From Octopus sinensis (Eukaryota), in assembly GCF_006345805.1 (NCBI RefSeq), contig NW_021825391.1:1-15711 (forward strand): a stretch of DNA of 15,711 nt. Direction: 5' to 3'. The position numbers were made by a program, and so were the translations under genes. Below are positions 7,905-15,711 of the stretch, one piece after another (the first letter of the stretch is position 1; each line of letters starts with the position of its first letter). The notes under the pieces are model-generated. The model saw only the letters and a program-made list of their open reading frames with translations. It was not told where the DNA came from and searched no databases.

Positions 7905-8432
7905 GTAATTCATTTTTACATAAACCAACTCCAACAAAAAGAAGACAAGCATCGATGATGAAGAAGAGACAATTACCACTCCCAATCCCCCAACAACACA
8001 CACACTACACACCACAACAGGAGCTAAAAGAAAAATATTAAAAAAAAAACAAACAAACAAGTAAATGCAACCAAAGCAGGGAGATATGTAACCCCCTGAA
8101 AGCCCCTTACACAACCAAACCAGCACCAACACCACAAAAACACAACAATGCTATCAGCGATAGACACAAAAAACACAAAACTAATGGACTACATCACAGC
8201 CCACACAAACATTTGGGAAGATGATTTCAAAACTAGCAATCATCAATGCACTACACTACCGAAACACATCAAAATACTACACATCACACAAACACAGCGC
8301 CACACACTCAAAGTCCTCTTTCCAAATTTGGTTGGGGGCTTCCAAAAATACTCATCCAAGAAACTTTATAAAAATCTCCTCCAAGACACTTCAAAAGACG
8401 AGGAAGCTAAAACTTTCGAAACGAATAAGTAA
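7905..8432 (+). pseudogene. Probable decayed ORF1 C-terminal region of the adjacent Tx1-like LINE
   Basis: An A/C-rich interrupted reading region ends in the 94-aa ORF 8148-8432, 51 bp upstream of the ORF2 ATG. Position supports the call; no motif recognised. Confidence 0.45.
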
Positions 8433-8483
8433 CTCTCTGTCCCTTTCGTTTCGTGTTTTTAAAGCACACATCTCAATAGGATC

Positions 8484-9310
8484 ATGGTCAAGATTGGTTG
8501 TGTGAATGTGCGTGGCTTGGGGTCCCTTTGGAGACAAGGGTACCTCCTAAATGACATCAAGTCACACGATTTGGGAATCATAGCTATAAGTGAGACCATC
8601 CAAATGCACCAACGTGGACATGGAGCAACCGCATTGGGTCGTCGAGATCGTATCTAGATAGGATACTGTGCAGGACAGTAGATAGGGATAGTTTAGGATG
8701 TCCATAATTCCATACAGTTAGCTACACGGATCACAAATTCGTGATGTGTACGCTAGAATTAGATAAGGCACATAGGCAGAGTCCTGGTTACTGGAAACTA
8801 AACGCGTCTTTCTCGTCCAGACAGGTTTTCAGAGACCGAATCAGCAGGTTAGTAAAGAGGGCTTTGACGGGAGCCATCGTCAACAACAAATGGTGGTTCG
8901 CCCTCAAGAGAGCAGTAAAAGCGGAATCAGAGTAGAGGGTGAGTTAGCTAAGAAGTTAGAAGAGGCAATAAGAAGCAGCATCGCATCCGACGTTATGGCA
9001 GCGAGATTGGCCCTCGACCAACACTTCAACGCCAAACACCAAGGGTGTGCTGTCAGGGCTAGGATGCGTGCTCTAAGGATGGAAGGTGTTGGAGCTCGGG
9101 GGGTACCGGGTGGCGGAGGCGCTGCAAGGCAACAAAGCCACCATTCGGTTTCTGGTAGACGAACAAGGGCGCGAATTGCTCGAGCCCAGCATGATGTGCG
9201 AGGCATTTCAGCAGCATTTTGCCCGACTGTACGAGACGAGAGGCAAGCGTGAACGCAAGGTCGACTTCAATGACTGCATGCACATCCTGCCACGATTCTC
9301 GGCAAAAGAG
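8484..9310 (+). mobile_element. L1/Tx1-clade LINE ORF2 N-terminal remnant (AP endonuclease with a large internal deletion, then the linker; RT absent)
   Basis: MVKIGCVNVRGLG...DLGIIAISET (APE motifs I-II, 8484-8597) joins directly to HPNAPTWTWSNRIGSSRSYLDRIL...YTDHKFV...PGYWKLNAS...WWFALKRAVK (APE end, Tx1-type GYWKLN). The linker AVRARMR...NKATIRFLVDEQG..LLEP...AFQQHFARLY...LPRFS follows in shifted frames. Confidence 0.9.
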
Positions 9311-9339
9311 GGGCAAATAAATGTGTTAACATGTGACAT

Positions 9340-9500
9340 TATTGACCGAGGTTACCGCGGTCTTTTCCGTAGGCTTTTCTTTCCACTGATAAACCATATT
9401 TGTTTCTCCCTTTACACTTTACATCACGACGTTTCTGTGATACACGATCCCTATTGATCGTTTCTTATTTTCTATTTTTTCCTTCCTTTTTACGATCGAA
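9340..9500. repeat. Unclassified putative interspersed repeat with several short hairpins
   Basis: Complex, CpG-containing island with hairpins at 9344-9362, 9423-9441 and 9444-9461. It resembles an octopus repeat I recall but cannot verify. Confidence 0.35.
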
Positions 9501-9652
9501 AACCTACCCCATGTATTTGAAAAATCCACCAGAATGGACGAAAGCGCTAATATATGATATATAAGTTATATGATTTATAAAAACATGTAATATACAAATA
9601 AATATCTGTAAATATAAAACCATCCGAATTTCTGAGTAGCTCATTTCTTCTG

Positions 9653-9672
9653 ATATATATATATATAATATA

Positions 9673-9724
<52 letters not shown>

Positions 9725-10078
9725 CCCTGCACACACACATATATATATATATATCATATGTGTATACGTATATATATACAATATAGACATATACATATAT
9801 GCATGCATATATATACACACATGCACACGCACATACATATACACACACATATATATATGCATATAAATATAATAATGCTACATATGTGTTAAACATATGA
9901 AGATGTATAATAACTATTGACTTATAAGTAACTGTCAATATTTATATTAAAGTGTGCGTATATATATATCTGTGTATGATTGTGTGCCCCATGTGTCTGT
10001 GCGTGTGTATGTGTATGTATAAATATGCATGCATGCATGTGTATTCATATACAGATATACAGAAATATATATATATTT

Positions 10079-10117
<39 letters not shown>

Positions 10118-10265
10118 TATATACATATATATATATATATACATATATGTATACATATACATTATACATACATGCATACATGCATACCTACATACTTACA
10201 AACATACATGCAAGCATACATACACATACATACATGCATACATATAAACATTCATACATACAAAC
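9653..10265. repeat. Mosaic (TA)/(CA)/(GA)/(TACA) microsatellite region
   Basis: Read directly from the sequence. Confidence 0.92.
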
Positions 10266-10377
10266 ATGTTTGTGAACAGTAATGAGTAATGACTTGTATG
10301 CATTTATTATATAGAGATACATAATAAATATTGACTGATAAGTAATTTCACCATTTATGATATTACACATATAAATA

Positions 10378-10455
10378 GAGAGAGAACGTGAGAGAGAGAG
10401 AGAGAGGGGAAGTGCAAAGAGTAGTTAGATAGATACATACCTTAAAGCAAACATG

Positions 10456-10486
<31 letters not shown>

Positions 10487-10609
10487 ATATATATATATAA
10501 TATATATAATTTATATATATATATATATATATATATTATTATATATATTATATATATATATATTTATATATATTTATATATATTTTATGTATATTATATG
10601 TTATATATA

Positions 10610-10650
<41 letters not shown>

Positions 10651-10669
10651 TATATAATATATATATATA
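10378..10669. repeat. (GA)n followed by a long degenerate (TA)n
   Basis: Read directly from the sequence. Confidence 0.94.
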
Positions 10670-10709
10670 AGAGGGAAGTAAGTGGGTCATATCGGAAAGT
10701 TTATGTATA

Positions 10710-10754
10710 TCACGTGACTATTCCCGACTTGATTAATGAATCACGTTCACGTGA
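10710..10754. promoter_or_regulatory. Candidate bHLH E-box cluster (TCACGTGA x2, CACGTT) around a homeodomain-like TGATTAATGA
   Basis: CACGTG at 10711-10716 and 10748-10753; CACGTT at 10742-10747. Confidence 0.3.
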
Positions 10755-10864
10755 GAAAGAATAAAGATGTCACTTATTTCACAAAACACATTTGCTTTCC
10801 ATTTAACTGATTACATTTTTTTTTCTCTTTTGCCTCCATCTGTTTATACACATGTTAATATTTG

Positions 10865-10896
<32 letters not shown>

Positions 10897-11057
10897 CGTG
10901 CGCGCACATACACATATGCTCATACACACAGATATGCGTACGTACGTACCTACATACATGCATATACACGTATTTACGCACGTGCTACAGCGAAGAATAC
11001 GCAAATGCATGCATTGATTCATATCTATATATATAAATATATATATATACAAACATG

Positions 11058-11089
<32 letters not shown>

Positions 11090-11228
11090 ATATATATATG
11101 TGTGTGCATGTTTGTATGTAATACGTATACATATATACATATATATATGTATATATACATATATGCATACATAAACACACCAGCGTACATATCCATATAT
11201 ACATATACATATGGATGTGTATAAGAAA

Positions 11229-11269
<41 letters not shown>
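10865..11269. repeat. (CA)/(TA)/(GT) microsatellite mosaic
   Basis: Read directly from the sequence. Confidence 0.92.
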
Positions 11270-11271
<2 letters not shown>

Positions 11272-11409
11272 GGAACTTATTTCTTTTGAAACGTGTCTCA
11301 TTGAAGACGTTTCTTCAATTTCTCTCATTTATATTTAAACATTTTCAAGTAGTCTTGATGATTTTATTGTTTTCTCTGTTTTTCTGCGTCGTTTTCACTG
11401 TTTTCTCAG

Positions 11410-11463
11410 TCTTCAATGAATGAAGTGTCTATAATGGCGTCCAGTTGCTACGATTGTTTCGAC
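11410..11463 (+). other. Candidate 54-nt exon
   Basis: A long pyrimidine tract ends in TTTTCTCAG, and the donor is GAC|GTATGT. Only frame 0 is open (SSMNEVSIMASSCYDCFD), and it contains ATAATGGCG. Confidence 0.3.
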
Positions 11464-11697
11464 GTATGTGATGCAATGGACATTACTCGATAACTCTTAT
11501 ACTCATCCTCAACCGATTTAAATTCGATAAACTTTTTACTCGTGGTCATTTTCATTGTCTATTTTAGGTATGCTTCACTGTGTGATGAATTTTAGCTTTT
11601 ATTGTATTTTATTAGTAATACAACTTGTAACATTTTGGAATTTCAAACCGAATAGTAGCGTCATTAACTATACTTTTATATTTTATCATTTGCTTGT

Positions 11698-11934
11698 TTC
11701 CTATTTCTTTATTGCCCACAAGAGGCTAAACATAGAGGGGACAAACAAGGACAGACAAAAGGAATAAATCAATTACAACGACCCCAGTGCGTAACTGGTA
11801 CTTAATTTATCGACCCTGAAAGGATGAAACGCAAAGTCAACCTCGGCGGAATTTGAACTCAGAACGTAGCGGCAGCCGAAATACGGCTACGCATTTCGCC
11901 CGGCGTGCTAACGTTTCTGCCAGCTCGCTGCCTT
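11698..11934 (-). mobile_element. Near full-length tRNA-derived SINE (octopus-type), tail variant 2
   Basis: A-box-like TGGCAGAAACGTTAGC, B-box-like GAGTTCAAATTCC, the same core as 2316-2510, and a different 3' tail ending TGTGGGCAATAAAGAAATAG. Confidence 0.9.
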
Positions 11935-11939
11935 ATAAA

Positions 11940-11966
11940 GATAGATAGATATAGATATACATATAC

Positions 11967-12013
<47 letters not shown>

Positions 12014-12129
12014 TACATATATATAACATATATATATATATACATATATATATACATAATATATATATATATATATACATATATATATACATACATATAT
12101 ACACATATATATATACATATATATATATA

Positions 12130-12195
<66 letters not shown>

Positions 12196-12290
12196 TATGC
12201 ATATATTTATACTATATATATATATAGATACATACATACATACATACATACATACATACATACAATACATACATACATACATACATACAT
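11940..12290. repeat. (TA)n/(TACA)n microsatellite
   Basis: Read directly from the sequence. Confidence 0.96.
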
Positions 12291-12449
12291 ACGACGACGA
12301 GATCCATATAATTTCCGTCGGCCAAATTCGCTCAGAAATGGTGGGCCCGAGGATATGATTAGACGACACTTATGCAATGTATCAGGTATTGGGACTTGAT
12401 CCGAAAGCATGTAGTTATGAAGCAAGCCTCTTAACCATACAGCATATCC
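12290..12449 (-). mobile_element. Degenerate copy of a second tRNA-derived SINE family (probably CORE-type octopus SINE)
   Basis: Minus strand has A-box-like TGTATGGTTAAG, B-box-like GGATCAAGTCCC and a body ...CCTCGGGCCCACC...GAATTTGGCCGACGGAAA...CGTCGT running into (ATGT)n. It resembles a high-copy octopus SINE as recalled. Confidence 0.7.
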
Positions 12450-12490
12450 ATGATATTTTGTTTCGTGCTCTGTATTATAATGCTTATAAA

Positions 12491-12643
12491 ACCAGAAAAA
12501 TGTTAGTCGATAATGCTATCATCTTACATAAAATTTCACACAAAGCGACAATTACATGAGGATTAACTACAGAAGCATTATTAGTAGCAAGATATGAACC
12601 AAAAGTTAACAGATAAATGCTACAAATGTCAAACATTCTATAA
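12491..12643 (+). pseudogene. Penelope-like element GIY-YIG endonuclease C-terminal remnant
   Basis: One frame with two internal stops: TRKMLVDNAIILHKISHKATIT*GLTTEALLVARYEPKVNR*MLQMSNIL*. This fits the PLE pattern TR..L..NT.I......L.I.EAL.I....P.IN.Q, recognised from memory. Confidence 0.6.
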
Positions 12644-12910
12644 AAGTAAGAAGAAGATAATCATTAAGGAATTTAAAATCCAATGGCGAAATTTTATCAG
12701 TTACCTACTTTATTCCCACTATGTCTTGCTGTCTATTACAAAATTCCTTTACAATGCATTCCTATAATGAGGATCCTCGGGTGATGAGACTGAAGGGGTT
12801 TTGAAGCATTAATGAAATTAAGAATTATATTGTTCCAAGCTAACAAACGAATTATAAATGGCTAATAAAAAACATGGAACCTTTAATAAAAGTATATATA
12901 TATATATATA

Positions 12911-13023
12911 GGTAAACAGTAAAAATAATTACAGACATGGACAAGAACATGAAACACCACAGAGACGACACAAGAACCACAGGACGGGACATTCGAAGCC
13001 CTCAGTCATCAGTCAAGAACCAG
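12911..13023 (-). mobile_element. PLE-like terminal module between (TA)n tracts with a degenerate hammerhead-like motif (12988-13012)
   Basis: Minus strand reads CTGATGA-CTGAGGGCTTC-GAATGTC and ends TGTTTACC, like 7540-7547. (TA)n lies on both sides. Confidence 0.45.
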
Positions 13024-13039
13024 ATATATATATATATAC

Positions 13040-13204
13040 ATTCTTTATTTTCTCTCCTTGTTTCTTTCTGTGCTCCTTTCTGTGGAAGAGCGTAGGCTAG
13101 AAACGTTAAAGACTTTTTTCACTTCCCGAGCGTTAAACTAATACATCTGTTTGTTGTCTACACCACCTGTCTTCGTCTTTTGTTTTTTTGTGTGAATTCT
13201 CCCT
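13040..13204 (+). mobile_element. PLE-like terminal module with a hammerhead-like motif at 13076-13111
   Basis: Stem I CUUU/AAAG; core CUGUGGA (A6 to U); stem II GAGC-GUAG-GCUA; GAAAC; GUU triplet. Flanked by (TA)n and (CA)n. Confidence 0.65.
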
Positions 13205-13257
13205 ACACACACACACACATGTATGTCTGTATGTATGTACGTGTTTGTGTGTTTGTG

Positions 13258-13291
<34 letters not shown>

Positions 13292-13406
13292 CATGTATGC
13301 AAATATATTTGGGCTCTGGATCTGTATACTTCTACTTCACTTGCCTGTGTATATACCTGTAAGTGTGTACATCTATGTCAATGAAATTGAAATGACTCTT
13401 TTTCAG

Positions 13407-13457
13407 TTACACTTATTTATATTTAATGGTAGTGCTGTAGCATGGGCACAGCTTTGG
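13407..13457 (+). other. Weak candidate 51-nt exon
   Basis: Acceptor CTCTTTTTCAG and weak donor TGG|GTTAGA. Frame 0 is open (LHLFIFNGSAVAWAQLW). Confidence 0.2.
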
Positions 13458-13644
13458 GTTAGAACTATTAAAAATATAAAAGGGATATAGTATGTGTATG
13501 TGTGAACTAAAAATAAGCTGTGTGTATGCGTGTGTACGATGGCATTAGTGCAAGCGTTTTTAATACCTACAATTATATACATGTATACAGGTATGTGATT
13601 ACTGATATTGGTTATATATAATTAGTCATAAGGCTGGATAGTCA

Positions 13645-13759
13645 TATAGATAAATAGACAGACAGATACATACATACATACACACATACATGCATACATA
13701 CATAGACAGACAGATAGAAAGATAAGTAGATAGATAGACAGACAGACAGATAGACAGTC

Positions 13760-13802
<43 letters not shown>

Positions 13803-13876
13803 TAGATAGATTATAGATAGATAGATAGATAGATAGATAATAATAGATAGAGAGATAGATAGATAGATAGATATAC

Positions 13877-13925
<49 letters not shown>
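13645..13925. repeat. (GATA)/(GACA)/(TACA) tetranucleotide microsatellite
   Basis: Read directly from the sequence. Confidence 0.96.
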
Positions 13926-13927
<2 letters not shown>

Positions 13928-14560
13928 ATGACTGGAAGTGAAAATGAGCAAATATATGTGGAAGTATAGACAGACAAGCAAAGTTTATAATTTCGAAAGG
14001 GTGCAATTATAGGCTTTACTTGAAGAAATGATTGCTCAGGGAGAGGAGATCAGAGAGAGGGGTGAGGGGGAAGAGAAACAGAGTGAGTGAGAAAGAAGGT
14101 GGGACAGAGAAACGGAGAAAGAGAGAGACCTTTGCTCGAACTAGGAATATTCGTTGAAACTTATATGAAAACTTACGCTGTCTTCGGTTAAAGCTGTGTA
14201 CTTTCGTAGGAAAAGGAAGTAAAAGATGGCGAAATGGATAAAAGAATTGACGTGAAAATGAACGAAAGAATGAATTAAAATGTTTGCTTATTACTGAAAA
14301 AAAGTATTGGTTAAGAGGCGGCAAACAATATTGAGTAATAACAAAGAATATATAAGCAAAATATTATTGCAAAAACGTATGGGTAGAGGAATATGAAGGC
14401 GAGAAAGAAGCATGGAATACGCGGAGGGGAGAGGTTGTTGAAACTTTGAGAGGTCGCATATGCACTAATGTGTGTGTGTGTACGTATGCATGCATGTATG
14501 TATATATATATATATATGTATAGATATATATATGGGTGTGTGTGATTGTGTATAGAAGAA

Positions 14561-14901
14561 TATATTAATAAAAGGAATTCCAACCTGATTTTCACGTTTT
14601 ATTTACAATCTTATAATGATATAATATAAGATAATATAATATAATAAAATAAAATAAAATAATAGAATGTTAAATGTTCATTCTGATTGAACTAGTACTT
14701 TCATGCATTAAATTCTGCAATCTTCAGGTTCATGTAGTAGTGGTGACAGTCATGCTTCACAATTTTTGACTGTTCAATCAGAATGAACATTTAACATTCT
14801 ACTATTTTATTTTATTCTATTATAATATATTATCTTATAATATATCATTATAAGATAGTAAATAAAACGTGAAAATCAGACATTTTCCTTTTATTAATAT
14901 A
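14561..14901. mobile_element. Fold-back/MITE-like element with long inverted arms
   Basis: Arms 14585-14692 and 14772-14879 (108 bp, 5 mismatches) enclose a 79-bp spacer. An outer 17-bp perfect inverted match lies at 14561-14577 and 14885-14901, in TA-rich flanks. Confidence 0.8.
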
Positions 14902-15420
14902 TATATATATATATATATACATATTATGTACGACTATTATGTACGACACATATATGCGTACTCTGTATGGGACCAAGTAAAATGACGTAAAAAACAGTTT
15001 TCTTCGAAACAAACGCGTTGGAGTGTTGTTCTGAGAATGTTGTAACAGCTGTGCAGACACACTTCCTGGGGCAGCTGTCAACGAACACTGTTTGAAAAAA
15101 ATCCCCACTGAGCCGTAAGTCTAATTCGTAAAAGAATATAAATACACCTCATATACATACATACATGCATACATACATACACACACACACAAACATTCAC
15201 ATAAAGAGATGATGAATAAAACATCAAGTATGTGGTGTGTATGTATGTGTGTGTGAGTATTAATTTTTGTTTTGAAGTCGTAAATCTTATGTCGGCGTAC
15301 GAAGTCGAAATTTCAAAGTCACTGTAAGCGTTTTCATTGTAAAATTTATATATGTCTGTATGTATGTATATGAATATATGTATGTGCACATCTATATCTA
15401 TTTCTCGATCTATCTATATC

Positions 15421-15637
15421 TACGAGGGGCTGTTGAAAGGTTCCTGGATTCTAATGTGTTGAGAAAGGCCTGGTTGGAGGCCCAGCACACCGAGTTCCTT
15501 TACTCATAAAAACTGGAAGACTACTGCAATAAGTGTGTGAATCCGAGAGGGGAATATGTTGAATAAAATCATAATTAACTGATCCTCCTGTGTTTTCTTT
15601 TACTCCAAAGCCGATAACTTTTCAGCAGCTCCTTGTA
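15421..15637 (+). mobile_element. Tc1/mariner (mariner-type) internal-deletion derivative with TA target duplication
   Basis: 30-bp TIRs including the terminal TA: TACGAGGGGCTGTTGAAAGGTTCCTGGATT and its inverse at 15608-15637 (22/30). It retains the transposase C-terminus LEDYCNKCVNPRGEYVE* (15513-15566), matching mariner W.KC....G.YVE. Confidence 0.88.
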
Positions 15638-15711
15638 TGTCTATATATATTTGTATAAATAGATAGAGGGACAGAATAGACAGACAGATAGATATGTAGG
15701 TAGGTCGTCAG

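Noticed and set aside
2670-9310. The two Tx1 pieces as one twin-primed (5'-inverted) insertion
   Set aside because: The orientation fits, but they are 4.2 kb apart with unrelated unique sequence between, the whole RT is missing, and no TSD is visible. Independent insertions are simpler.
10672-10683. Perfect splice donor GAA|GTAAGT after a possible 6-nt microexon
   Set aside because: The upstream sequence is (TA)n with no pyrimidine tract or branch point.
11298-11419. 11-bp inverted repeats (TCATTGAAGAC / GTCTTCAATGA) as a MITE, plus an 8-bp hairpin at 11300-11319
   Set aside because: There is no TSD, and an 11-bp inverted match within about 120 bp is plausible by chance in a window this size.
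11835-11934. tRNA gene call for the SINE heads
   Set aside because: The A/B boxes are followed by a shared SINE core and tail and recur as dispersed copies, with no proper acceptor stem.
12780-12812. GTGATGAG...GAAGC as a further hammerhead downstream of the GIY-YIG remnant
   Set aside because: Both core halves deviate, and no stem I can be drawn.
14214-14250. ETS (AGGAAGT) plus YY1-like AAGATGGCG as a gene start
   Set aside because: The ATG opens only MAKWIKELT*, there is no donor site nearby, and the motifs are short.
15262-15345. Minus-strand peptide NENAYSDFEISTSYADIRF with tyrosine-motif-like look, and a plus-strand 46-nt AG/GT segment
   Set aside because: Splice acceptors are weak on both strands, and no homology is recognisable.
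1-15711. CRISPR array, prokaryotic operon or rRNA
   Set aside because: There are no regularly spaced repeats with unique spacers and no gene-dense coding. The content is eukaryotic repeat-rich DNA.

Overview
Eukaryotic, AT-rich, extremely microsatellite-dense window with no intact protein-coding gene, rRNA/tRNA gene or CRISPR array that I can support. Almost all listed ORFs are translations of simple repeats. The interspersed repeats resemble high-copy families I recall from Octopus genomes; this species call is from memory and was not checked by search. Between the microsatellites are retroelement remnants: two R4/Dong-type (REL endonuclease) LINE 3' ends stacked in a TAA tract, two L1/Tx1-type LINE remnants (one with an RTE nested in a duplicated 3' UTR), several tRNA-derived SINEs, a Penelope-like GIY-YIG remnant, and hammerhead-ribozyme-like modules next to (TA)n/(CT)n. 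There is also a mariner deletion derivative and a ~340 bp fold-back element. A few short candidate exons and transcription-factor motif clusters may belong to a host gene, but these are weak. The most interesting signals are the pairing of retroelement families with particular microsatellite classes, the minimal hammerhead modules, and templated-looking fragments at Dong junctions. Frameshifts inside homopolymers or repeats could be sequencing or assembly errors.
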